A DNA stretch of 29,106 bases from a virus (IMGVR_UViG_3300020457_000060:1-29106); one strand, 5' to 3'. Numbered from the stretch's first letter, positions 18,664-26,563 are shown. The notes: generated by a model from the letters alone, not told the origin. Numbers and translations are program-made.

Positions 18664-19316
18664 TGGCACTAACTAGTTCCGGTGCCATAAGTTTAAATGA
18701 GATACACGTTGAAGCAGGTGGCTCTTCTGGCAGTATATGTTCTATAAATGACTCTGATATTAGGGGTCTAATTAGTAAAGGCCCCGGAGCAACCATGGCA
18801 TTCAATGAATGGTATGGAGCTTCAGCTGCTGCAGCAGATGTTTCTACAACTATGACTATTGGCGGTGATTCATCAACTGAGACAATACAATATGTAGGTA
18901 CTACGAGAGTTAGATTTAGAGGTTTTAGCTCCAGTACCCAAACTTATGATAGCGGTGCTACAAGCCTTGGAAGTCTAGGTTCTACATCTTTTACTGGTTA
19001 TTTTGGTGGGAATACTATTACTGATCTGCATGTTCGTGGAACCTCTTTTTCAAGTTTTGGAAATCCACCGTATGGAGCCACTACATTACAATTTTCAGTA
19101 AATGCGGAAAATGTTTCTAATTCTAATTCATCATTTAAAAAACTGTTAGTAGGTAGCACTACCTATAATAGGTCAGATGCTACTTATTCAACCGGTAGTG
19201 GTAAAACTCATTGGACATGGACTGCAGGATCAAATGCACCAGATAATAATACTAGTACGATGACACCATTCGGTTCCGCTGGAGGAACTGTAACAATTAC
19301 TTTTAAACAGGTTTAA
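18663..19316 (+). CDS. Putative fibre-tip adhesin / receptor-binding protein
   Basis: The N-terminus MALTSSGAISLNEI..E.GG..FNEWYGAS is typical of proteins that follow S74 fibres. The body is Ser/Thr/Gly-rich and beta-like. It is coupled to the fibre gene by TAATG. Confidence 0.6.
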   Translation: MALTSSGAISLNEIHVEAGGSSGSICSINDSDIRGLISKGPGATMAFNEWYGASAAAADVSTTMTIGGDSSTETIQYVGTTRVRFRGFSSSTQTYDSGATSLGSLGSTSFTGYFGGNTITDLHVRGTSFSSFGNPPYGATTLQFSVNAENVSNSNSSFKKLLVGSTTYNRSDATYSTGSGKTHWTWTAGSNAPDNNTSTMTPFGSAGGTVTITFKQV

Positions 19317-19317
19317 T

Positions 19318-20358
19318 ATGACTGAAATTAAATTACAAAAAGAATCTATAGACAGTCGTATTACAGGGATTACGCCAGACATAGATGAAAACAATACTTC
19401 TTTTAACAGACTAACTTTTTCTGTTAAACACCCTGCAACTGCAAAAATGCATTATTGGGAATTAAATAAAAGCGATAGTGACAGTCTTTTAATTAAAAAA
19501 GAAGATGGAATATATACAGACACTAAAGATGTAAATTATTTGAAAGATAATTGGAGTGCTGAAGAATATGAATCACGTTTACGTCAAGCATGGAGAGATG
19601 CAGAAAAAGAGGATATTCCAAAGCAGTGGTGGGAAAAAGTACAAATTATCCCTAGATATACAGCGATGTGGGATGATGTTTATGTTGATAAACAAAAAGT
19701 AAAAGTGGATTACAGTGTTGGTTGTACCGGCGCTCCTTTAAATAAACTCAATAATTTAATATCTTTAGTTAGAGGTAAGTTTCCCGGTGAATATAATTTT
19801 AAAAGCCATGGAAACAATATTATTGGTATGTATCTACCAGACCATTCAATAAGACCTCCGTACAAATCAAACAATACAATTACTGTTTATCATATGTACT
19901 ATGAGATAGATATTTTTAATAAACTTCTTAAAGATTATAAAGTGCCAGAGTATGATTATAATTATAGGTTTTGGTATGGTTTAAAATATGACTTAGATTC
20001 TCAAGTTCGTTATTTAAAAATTGTTATAGGGGATGATGATAAAACCAGTAATTACCAAAAATACCCAGATTCCTTTATACCTAGGCCGCAGCTACCGGTA
20101 TGCACAACACCTTATTTTGCAAAAATATACTCTCCAGATGGTACAGAGGCTGACGAGTATGATGTTTTCTTTTCAACTACTCCCGAGATAATGAAAAAAT
20201 ATTGTGAAGAAAATAACCTTAAGTTCCCTATCCCAGAACACAGAGAGGACGAGTATATTTGGACTTATGGCATAGTGTATGACAAAAGTACTTTAGAAGT
20301 TAAACAAGTTAAAGGTTACATTAAGGTAGCTCAAGAACCTTATGCGCTCCCCTTTTAA
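19318..20358 (+). CDS. Hypothetical protein, 346 aa, Tyr/Lys/Asp-rich
   Basis: Clean ORF in the operon. No family was confidently recognised. Confidence 0.75.
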   Translation: MTEIKLQKESIDSRITGITPDIDENNTSFNRLTFSVKHPATAKMHYWELNKSDSDSLLIKKEDGIYTDTKDVNYLKDNWSAEEYESRLRQAWRDAEKEDIPKQWWEKVQIIPRYTAMWDDVYVDKQKVKVDYSVGCTGAPLNKLNNLISLVRGKFPGEYNFKSHGNNIIGMYLPDHSIRPPYKSNNTITVYHMYYEIDIFNKLLKDYKVPEYDYNYRFWYGLKYDLDSQVRYLKIVIGDDDKTSNYQKYPDSFIPRPQLPVCTTPYFAKIYSPDGTEADEYDVFFSTTPEIMKKYCEENNLKFPIPEHREDEYIWTYGIVYDKSTLEVKQVKGYIKVAQEPYALPF

Positions 20359-20359
20359 A

Positions 20360-20464
20360 ATGAATTTAAAACTAGACACAAAAGAAACAGATAAAAAGTT
20401 CTATAAAAAAATAGAAGAAGAAAAGAAATTACGCAAAGAATTTAGGAAAAAATTTTATAATTAG
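20360..20464 (+). CDS. Small charged hypothetical protein, 34 aa (not in ORF track)
   Basis: MNLKLDTKETDKKFYKKIEEEKKLRKEFRKKFYN exactly fills the gap, starting 1 nt after the upstream stop and ending 2 nt before the endolysin ATG. Confidence 0.5.
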   Translation: MNLKLDTKETDKKFYKKIEEEKKLRKEFRKKFYN

Positions 20465-20466
20465 TT

Positions 20467-20838
20467 ATGTGGAAATATTTTAGTGAAGACGAGCTCAAGT
20501 GTAAGCATACTGGTATTTGCGGTATGGACCCAGAGTTCATGGAAATTCTTGAAAAAATACGTGAAGAAGTAGGAATTCCGTTTATAATAACAAGTGCCTA
20601 TAGAGATCCAACGCATCCTATAGAAGCAAGAAAATCACAACCAGGAGCTCACGCAAGTGGCAAGGCTGTAGACATACTTATTCGGGGCTCGGATGCCTTA
20701 AAGTGTATAGAAGTAGCGTTAAAACATGGTATAACCGGGCTTGGTGTGAAACAACATGGCGACTCTAGATTCATACATCTAGACACTTTAGAAGCTACTA
20801 GCACCAGACCAAGACCTTGGGTTTGGAGTTATGAGTGA
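20467..20838 (+). CDS. Endolysin, peptidase M15 family (Zn peptidase)
   Basis: YFSEDELKCK..ITSAYR..GAHASGKAVDI..FIHLD, containing the H-x6-D and HxD zinc ligands. Confidence 0.88.
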   Translation: MWKYFSEDELKCKHTGICGMDPEFMEILEKIREEVGIPFIITSAYRDPTHPIEARKSQPGAHASGKAVDILIRGSDALKCIEVALKHGITGLGVKQHGDSRFIHLDTLEATSTRPRPWVWSYE

Positions 20839-21109
20839 TACACAAGACCAAAGACTAGAGAAAATAGAAGAAAAACTAGATCGACTAGCAGATGCAGTCG
20901 TGTCTATTGCTCGTATTGAAGAACGAGTAGCTACCGTGTTAAGGCAGAACGATAGGTTCTTTATTAGAATGGATAAGATAGAGCAACGTTTAGACGATGT
21001 AGAAGCACAATCTGATGTCAATTCTAATACAGGACGGTTCATAGAGAGATTTATGTGGATTGTCGTAGCCGCAGGAATAGGATTATTAGTATATTTTTTA
21101 CGCACATAG
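20831..21109 (+). CDS. Coiled-coil protein with C-terminal transmembrane helix (lysis accessory, XhlA-like)
   Basis: RLEKIEEKLDRLADAVVSIARIEER coiled coil and FMWIVVAAGIGLLVYFL TM helix. It lies between the endolysin and the holin. Confidence 0.6.
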   Translation: MSDTQDQRLEKIEEKLDRLADAVVSIARIEERVATVLRQNDRFFIRMDKIEQRLDDVEAQSDVNSNTGRFIERFMWIVVAAGIGLLVYFLRT

Positions 21110-21118
21110 GAGGTATTT

Positions 21119-21520
21119 ATGGCGGATCCAATAACAAACTCAGTAGTAGGTATTGCTGGTAGCGTTCTAAACAAGTTCGTTGCTGATAAAAACCTAAAGA
21201 TGAAGCTTGAGCATGAGCTCAAGACACAATTACAAACAGCTAACCTTTCACAGATTGAGGTAAATAAAATAGAAGCAGCCAGTAAAAACTGGTTTGTGGC
21301 AGGCTGGCGTCCGTCTGTAGGTTGGGGTTGCTCAATTGCAATGATGGTGCACTTTATTGTACTGCCTGTAGGTGAGTGGATTGCTGCACTATCTGGTGTA
21401 AAAGTAGATATGCCAGAGTTTGATTTTACTCAATTATCTACCATACTCATGGCGATGCTCGGCATGGCAGGGCTCAGGACTTTTGAAAAGCAAAAGAAAG
21501 TAGCTAGAGGAGACGATTAA
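21119..21520 (+). CDS. Holin, GTA_holin_3TM-like
   Basis: IEVNKIEAAS..FVAGWRPSVGWGC..MLGMAGLRTFEK signature. RBS GGAGG. Confidence 0.88.
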   Translation: MADPITNSVVGIAGSVLNKFVADKNLKMKLEHELKTQLQTANLSQIEVNKIEAASKNWFVAGWRPSVGWGCSIAMMVHFIVLPVGEWIAALSGVKVDMPEFDFTQLSTILMAMLGMAGLRTFEKQKKVARGDD

Positions 21521-21522
21521 GA

Positions 21523-23295
21523 GTGTACTTTAAGTTAATTTCATTCAATGGTATTGCTCCCATTTTAGAACCTCGGTTGTTAAAAGACGAGGTGGGAGTT
21601 ACATCTCAAAATGTTAACTTAGAACGCGGTAATTTAAACCCACTATTTACTAATGGTAGTTACGCTAACTTAAATGCAAGTAGTATAACTAGTTATTACC
21701 AATATAAATTTGGTGGCACTATATATAATCTTGAGTTTGATGATGATGTAAATGTACAGCCGGGACCGATTGCAGATGATGCTTTTGATCGTTTGTATTG
21801 GACAGGACAAACTTTCCCACGTATGGCAAGTTCTACACAAATTACTACCGGAGGTTCTGGTGCATTTCCACGTAGTTCTTTTAGATTAGGTATCGAAGCT
21901 CCTGCAGCCACGCCAGCCGCTGCTAATCCTACAGGAACAGATGATGGTACTCAAGTAAAGTACAGTACTGCTTATGTTTATACCTTTGTTTCTGCTTTTG
22001 GAGAAGAAGGCCCGCCTTCATCACCTTCTAACGTAGTAACAAAAGTAGATGGTCAGTCAGTTGTAGTAAGTAATTTATCTACCGCCGCTGCTAAAAGTAA
22101 CACTAATTATGGTAGTGGTGTAGGCACTAAACGTATCTATCGTTCTAACACTGGTTCTAATACTACTGACTTTCAGTTTGTCGCAGAGGTAACTATGGCT
22201 ACTACTAGTTTTACAGATACTGCAAACAATGATGCCTTAGGTGAAGTTATACCTTCCACTTTTTGGATAGCTCCGCCTGATGATGACAGCACTTTATATC
22301 CAAACGGACAGATGAAAGGCTTAACTGCCATTGGTAATGGTATTTTTGCTGGTTTTAGTGGTAAACGACTTTGTTTTTCTGAACCATTCTTACCACATGC
22401 TTGGCCTGTTGCGTACCGTATAACATTAGAAGATGAAATCGTAGGTATATCTATGGCGGGTAGCGTATTATTTATAGGTACAAAAGGTACAAACTACATA
22501 GCAGCAGGTACAGACCCACAAGCAATGACTATACAAAAATTAGAAGCAGCTGAACCCCTACTATATAAAAGAAGTTTAGTTGATATGGGTGGATATTGTA
22601 TCTACTCAGGACCTGATGGTTTGATAGCAGTTGAGAATGGGCAGGTTACTAATTTAACTCAGGGGCTTATTAGTCCTGACCAATGGAAAGGTACATTTGT
22701 AGTACAGAGTGCTGGCATGCACGAAGGCAAATATGTTGGTCAACACTCTCTCCCCGGTCAAACTCCACAAGCCATAATTTTTGATCCTCGAGGTGATGTA
22801 AATGCTCTTACGACTGTAGATACATTATTAAATAATTTATCTAATACAAACAGAGGGTTTTATACTGACCCCGATACTAATCAATTATTTTTAATTAATA
22901 AGCCAGCTTCTGGTAATTGTACGATAGAAAGTTTTGATGATTCTGCTACTGATACAAAACGAACTTTTGTTTTTAAAAGTAAAGAATTTGTATTGCCTAG
23001 ACCTAGTAGCATGAACTTTGTAAAGGTTGAAGCTGACTCTTATGCAGGAGCAGGAGTAACAGTAAAAGTGTTTGGTGATGGTACAGAAATATTTGAGGCT
23101 ACAATTACAGCTTCTGGATCCGTGTTTAGTGCAACAGGCGCTGCTCCTACTTCTTTTAGTGCTACACAGATACAGGAACCTATACTACGTTTACCTACAG
23201 GTGTACATAAGGTATACCAGGTAGAAGTTGCTAGTGCAAATCCAGTGCATGAAGTATGTATTGGAGAGTCTATAGATGAACTGAGGTCAATCTAA
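21523..23295 (+). CDS. Tail nozzle / stabilization-like protein (tail tubular B analogue), 590 aa
   Basis: FNGIAP..PRLL N-terminus, YVYTFVSAFGEEGPPS, RIYRS, LCFSEPFLPHAWP and FKSKEF, all typical of beta-propeller-type podophage tail proteins. Confidence 0.65.
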   Translation: MYFKLISFNGIAPILEPRLLKDEVGVTSQNVNLERGNLNPLFTNGSYANLNASSITSYYQYKFGGTIYNLEFDDDVNVQPGPIADDAFDRLYWTGQTFPRMASSTQITTGGSGAFPRSSFRLGIEAPAATPAAANPTGTDDGTQVKYSTAYVYTFVSAFGEEGPPSSPSNVVTKVDGQSVVVSNLSTAAAKSNTNYGSGVGTKRIYRSNTGSNTTDFQFVAEVTMATTSFTDTANNDALGEVIPSTFWIAPPDDDSTLYPNGQMKGLTAIGNGIFAGFSGKRLCFSEPFLPHAWPVAYRITLEDEIVGISMAGSVLFIGTKGTNYIAAGTDPQAMTIQKLEAAEPLLYKRSLVDMGGYCIYSGPDGLIAVENGQVTNLTQGLISPDQWKGTFVVQSAGMHEGKYVGQHSLPGQTPQAIIFDPRGDVNALTTVDTLLNNLSNTNRGFYTDPDTNQLFLINKPASGNCTIESFDDSATDTKRTFVFKSKEFVLPRPSSMNFVKVEADSYAGAGVTVKVFGDGTEIFEATITASGSVFSATGAAPTSFSATQIQEPILRLPTGVHKVYQVEVASANPVHEVCIGESIDELRSI

Positions 23296-24200
23296 TGGCT
23301 ACTTCTGGCAGTAAACCACCTTCTTTACCACCTTTACCAACTAACTTAGATCCACAACTAAGAAATTATCTCAAACAAGTGGACACCCATTTGAAGATAA
23401 AAGCAGGCGATTCAGGTAATCCAAAAGACCGTAATCTTACTCTTAGAGATTTAGAAGAAAGTGGTATTGTGTCTAGTGCTCCTACAGTAAACGATTTTAG
23501 TATTACAGCTGGAGACCCTACTGTTAAGGTTATTGCACCAAACCAGTTGGTTACTGACCAAATAGGTGAAGAAAACACCTCTAAAAAGTTTAGTAAAACA
23601 GGAGTTATTTTTGCTAGTAGCTTTTCTAGCAGTACAGGCGTAGGTTCTGCTCAACATTCTGGCTTAAGTAATTTTGATTTTCTTTTTAATAGCAATGGTT
23701 CCTTTGGGTTTCCTAATAATCATATGGTGGGCAGCCACCCCAGCAGTGGTAGTAAATATCAATTGTTTGCTAACTTATCTTCTTCTTTTTCCTTTAAGAC
23801 TCCGGTACATACAAGGGGTGGTAAGAAACCCTATTTAATAAGTTTTAGTGGTGATAAAGCTGGCTCCGTCATTTCAACAACTCCTGTAGATATAGTTGTT
23901 GTACATGTATTATTATTGTCTGGTATCCTTGGTAGTCAGACGCACAGCGGTAATCCCGGAGTTTATAATACTGTTGGTGGTACTTTTTTACAGGCAAATG
24001 AGGGTGAGTTTCAAATAAGTCGAAGAGTTGTTGCAGGCGGAAGCCACGCTGCCGCAGCTTTTTTACCTCTGAACGTTCAAACTGTTGTAGAGTTACGTGA
24101 ACAACAAGAATATATAATCTTTACTGGGGTTGGTATGATTGGAGTCACATCTCAATCTATAGAAGAAATGCAATATACAGTGCAAGGATTAACAACATGA
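23295..24200 (+). CDS. Putative tail fibre/spike protein, 301 aa
   Basis: N-terminal PSLPPLP..LRNYL..GDSGNPKDRNLTLRDLEESGIV attachment-like segment and a beta-rich C-terminus. A tail assembly chaperone gene follows. Confidence 0.55.
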   Translation: MATSGSKPPSLPPLPTNLDPQLRNYLKQVDTHLKIKAGDSGNPKDRNLTLRDLEESGIVSSAPTVNDFSITAGDPTVKVIAPNQLVTDQIGEENTSKKFSKTGVIFASSFSSSTGVGSAQHSGLSNFDFLFNSNGSFGFPNNHMVGSHPSSGSKYQLFANLSSSFSFKTPVHTRGGKKPYLISFSGDKAGSVISTTPVDIVVVHVLLLSGILGSQTHSGNPGVYNTVGGTFLQANEGEFQISRRVVAGGSHAAAAFLPLNVQTVVELREQQEYIIFTGVGMIGVTSQSIEEMQYTVQGLTT

Positions 24201-24436
24201 AAATGTATTCATACGACAGCCGTAAAGACGACAATCCCGTCAACGATCCATTAGCTAATCTTAGGACTAGTAGAGATTATGTATTAAGCGCAACAGATTG
24301 GACTCAGTCTTCAGATAGCCCGTTATCAGATGAAAAGAAAGCAGAATGGGCTGTTTTTAGGCAGAAATTAAGGGACTTACCTACAACTTATAATGAAGCA
24401 ACAGGAGAATATGATTGGCCTGTAGCCCCTAATTAA
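24197..24436 (+). CDS. Phage tail assembly chaperone (Phage_tail_APC-like)
   Basis: LRTSRDYVLSATDWTQSSDSPL..AEWAVFRQKLRDLP..WPVAP signature. Confidence 0.85.
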   Translation: MKMYSYDSRKDDNPVNDPLANLRTSRDYVLSATDWTQSSDSPLSDEKKAEWAVFRQKLRDLPTTYNEATGEYDWPVAPN

Positions 24437-24829
24437 ATGTATGATATGACCATGTTTGAGATTACGTTAAACGATTTTTATATTGAATTCATAGGGTTTG
24501 TACTAACTCTATTAGTTGGTTTAGCTATTAAAGATTGGGCAGTAGGTTTTGTAAAAGGCGCTACTTTCCGTTTGACGTCTTCATTTAAAGAAGGTGATAA
24601 AGTAATTTTAGATGGTGATACTGCACTTATTATAAAAGTAGGGTTTTCACAAACAGTATTTGGGGTGTACAACGATGACGGTTACACGTGGCGTTATATA
24701 TCAAATCAAAAAATTGATGCATTAAAGTTAGAGAAGATTGTAGACTCTGAGCTACATGCTGATACAGCTGAGGAGAAGGCACAAAAACTAAGGTCTTTTT
24801 TGAAAGACGATAAAAATGAGGTAAAATAA
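24437..24829 (+). CDS. Miniature MscS-like protein (pore-helix region plus beta domain)
   Basis: LVGLAIKDWAVGFVKG..SFKEGDKVILDG..IIKVGFSQTVF..YISNQKI follows the MscS TM3/beta-domain pattern GLA.Q....N...G....PF..GD.V...G.V..I....T....IPN. Confidence 0.7.
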   Translation: MYDMTMFEITLNDFYIEFIGFVLTLLVGLAIKDWAVGFVKGATFRLTSSFKEGDKVILDGDTALIIKVGFSQTVFGVYNDDGYTWRYISNQKIDALKLEKIVDSELHADTAEEKAQKLRSFLKDDKNEVK

Positions 24830-24832
24830 AGT

Positions 24833-25006
24833 ATGGCTACTAGAAAAATGAAAGAAATGGGTCCGGGTATGGTAGGCACAACACCAGTGAATGAGCGCAG
24901 ATTAGTGCCTCAAGGAACTGCGAATAGTGCTAATGACCCAACCCCTGAACCTAAACAAATAGATATAGGTCAACTAACGGAGATGTTAAAAAATGCCCAG
25001 AGCTAG
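24833..25006 (+). CDS. Hypothetical protein, 57 aa (not in ORF track)
   Basis: MATRKMKEMGPGMVGTTPVNERRLVPQG...MLKNAQS fills the gap, starting 3 nt after the upstream stop. Confidence 0.6.
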   Translation: MATRKMKEMGPGMVGTTPVNERRLVPQGTANSANDPTPEPKQIDIGQLTEMLKNAQS

Positions 25007-25184
25007 AAAAAAACCTTCAATGAAACTTAAAAAGCAGAAACTTACTAAGCGTCAAGAAGGAGCGATGAAGCGTCATTCTAAGCATCATACTGCAAAACAT
25101 TTGAAATTTATGAAACGTAGAATGCTTATGGGTGATACATTTAGACAAGCGCATAAAAAGGCGCAAAAAAAGGTAGGTACATAA
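24993..25184 (+). CDS. Small basic His/Lys/Arg-rich protein, 63 aa
   Basis: MPRARKKPSMKLKKQKLTKRQEGAMKRHSKHHTAKHL... with GGAG upstream. Confidence 0.75.
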   Translation: MPRARKKPSMKLKKQKLTKRQEGAMKRHSKHHTAKHLKFMKRRMLMGDTFRQAHKKAQKKVGT

Positions 25185-25363
25185 TGCCAGCAAAGAGAAA
25201 AAGAAAGACAACTAAAAAGAAGAGTGGCGCTAAGCCAACTAATCCAGCTTTGTATGCTAGAGTAAAAGCTGAAGCTAAACGTAAATTTAAAGTTTATCCT
25301 TCAGCATACGCTAACGGTTGGTTAGTTCGTACGTACAAGAAACGTGGTGGCGGTTATAGGTAA
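25184..25363 (+). CDS. Small basic protein, 59 aa, resembling the N-half of DUF5872-like viral proteins (not in ORF track)
   Basis: MPAKRKRKTTKKKSGAKPTNPALYARVKAEAKRKFKVYPSAYANGWLVRTYKKRGGGYR, with TAATG overlaps at both ends. Confidence 0.8.
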   Translation: MPAKRKRKTTKKKSGAKPTNPALYARVKAEAKRKFKVYPSAYANGWLVRTYKKRGGGYR

Positions 25364-25668
25364 TGGCTAACACAAAACCCAAAGGAGGCTTAACAGCTTG
25401 GTTTGGTAAAGGTAAAAAAGGTGATTGGGTAGACATTGGTGCACCTAAGAAAAAGGGTAGGTATCAAGCTTGCGGTCGTAAATCGGCTAAGAAAAGTAAA
25501 CGTGCATACCCGAAATGCGTACCACGGTCTAAGGCCCGTAGTATGACAGCTGCTCAAAGACGTAGTGCGGTAGCACGTAAACGTAGAGCAGGTAACCCGG
25601 GTGGTAAACCCACAAATGTAAAAACTATAGTAAAAAGGAAAAGACGTGGCACAAAGAAAAAGAAGTAA
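25363..25668 (+). CDS. Basic protein resembling the C-half of DUF5872-like viral proteins, 101 aa
   Basis: GGLTAWF..WVDIG..CGR..YPKCVP..MTAAQRRSAVARKRRA. Confidence 0.75.
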   Translation: MANTKPKGGLTAWFGKGKKGDWVDIGAPKKKGRYQACGRKSAKKSKRAYPKCVPRSKARSMTAAQRRSAVARKRRAGNPGGKPTNVKTIVKRKRRGTKKKK

Positions 25669-25933
25669 AATGCCTGCTAGAAACAAGAAGAACTTCCGTT
25701 CTACGAAGTCTGGTGCAGGTATGACTCGTGCAGGTGTAAAAGCTTACAGACGTATGAATCCCGGATCTAAATTAAAAACTGCTGTTACTGGTAAAGTAAA
25801 GAAAGGCAGTAAAGCTGCAAAAAGGCGTAAATCATTTTGTGCACGTTCTGCAGGACAAATGAAGAAGTTTCCAAAAGCTGCGAAGAATCCTAACTCTAGG
25901 TTAAGACAAGCACGTAGGCGTTGGAAATGTTAA
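25646..25933 (+). CDS. Basic protein, DUF6321-like (alternative start ATG 25670)
   Basis: GAGMT..GVKAYRRMNPGSKLKTAVT..RRKSFCARS.G..NSRLRQARRRWKC is a pattern recalled from marine phage proteins. Confidence 0.75.
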   Translation: MAQRKRSKMPARNKKNFRSTKSGAGMTRAGVKAYRRMNPGSKLKTAVTGKVKKGSKAAKRRKSFCARSAGQMKKFPKAAKNPNSRLRQARRRWKC

Positions 25934-25936
25934 TTA

Positions 25937-25975
25937 ATGTATTACAAATACATGGATTTAGATCCTGTATTTGTG
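25937..25975 (+). promoter_or_regulatory. Overlapping inverted repeats (two alternative hairpins) in an intergenic gap
   Basis: ATGTATT-ACA-AATACAT (25937-25953) and ACAAATACA-T-GGAT-TTAG-ATCC-TGTATTTGT (25944-25974). They are followed by TGTGTAAAAT, which resembles an extended -10 element. Confidence 0.55.
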
Positions 25976-25990
25976 TAAAATGAAGTTAGT

Positions 25991-26263
25991 ATGACAAACG
26001 GAACTAGAGAAAAAAAAGATAAGGGTACTTCTACAGTTAAAAATACTGTTACGGGTGAATCAACTAAAGTCCAAAATTCTCAAATGGAGAACACTTACAA
26101 GAATAAAAGGTTTAAAGATTACCAACGAGAAGGAAACCCGTTAAATAAAATTACTAACAAGGGTGGAATTTTTGATTATGTTCCGGACCCGAGACAAATA
26201 GGTGATTATTTATTAGATAAAATGGGTAGGACAAAGCCAAAACCCCCTAAAAAACAGAAATGA
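25991..26263 (+). CDS. Hypothetical basic protein, 90 aa
   Basis: ORF in the operon with an ATGA overlap to the next gene. Confidence 0.65.
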   Translation: MTNGTREKKDKGTSTVKNTVTGESTKVQNSQMENTYKNKRFKDYQREGNPLNKITNKGGIFDYVPDPRQIGDYLLDKMGRTKPKPPKKQK

Positions 26264-26430
26264 TAAATAGACCTATAAACCACAAAGAACCTCATACTTA
26301 TAAAGATATTTGTAGTAAGAAGTATTCTACAGTTCCGAATCACGACGGTTCTGTACCAGGTGAAAAACAATCTATATTTGTTGACACCAAATCACATCGT
26401 GAATTTAAAAACACTAAAACGGAGTATTAA
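26260..26430 (+). CDS. Hypothetical protein, 56 aa (not in ORF track)
   Basis: MINRPINHKEPHTYKDICSKKYSTVPNHDGSVPGEKQSIFVDTKSHREFKNTKTEY. It has an ATGA overlap upstream and ends 1 nt before the next ATG. Confidence 0.6.
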   Translation: MINRPINHKEPHTYKDICSKKYSTVPNHDGSVPGEKQSIFVDTKSHREFKNTKTEY

Positions 26431-26431
26431 T

Positions 26432-26563
26432 ATGCCAATGGGACCGGGAACATACGGAAAGAAAAGAGGAAGACCTGCAAATAGCAAGAAGAAAAAGAAA
26501 CCTATGAAGAAGAAGGGCATGACTAAAAGAGCCAAGCCTATGAGAATGAGGGGCGGATACTAA
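26432..26563 (+). CDS. Small basic peptide with AT-hook-like KKRGRP motif, 43 aa
   Basis: MPMGPGTYGKKRGRPANSKKKKKPMKKKGMTKRAKPMRMRGGY. GGAG at 26421 supports ATG 26432 rather than the track's 26360. Confidence 0.7.
   Translation: MPMGPGTYGKKRGRPANSKKKKKPMKKKGMTKRAKPMRMRGGY

Noticed and set aside
17248-24436. Diversity-generating retroelement or invertible fibre cassette
   Set aside because: No reverse transcriptase, recombinase, or duplicated template/variable repeat was seen in the window.
1359-25686. Numerous minus-strand ORFs in the track (e.g. 5462-6124, 11777-12313, 20788-21222, 25390-25686)
   Set aside because: They are antisense shadows of long + strand genes, with Ser/Leu/Phe-rich mirror composition and no recognisable motifs or RBS.
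25944-25974. Hairpin as an intrinsic terminator, MS2-type operator or N4-type hairpin promoter
   Set aside because: There is no U-tract on either strand. The bulge and loop differ from the MS2 operator. The stem is AT-rich and no virion RNAP was identified.
26360-26431. N-terminal extension of the 67-aa ORF in the track
   Set aside because: It overlaps the better-supported 26260-26430 ORF, and the GGAG at 26421 points to ATG 26432.
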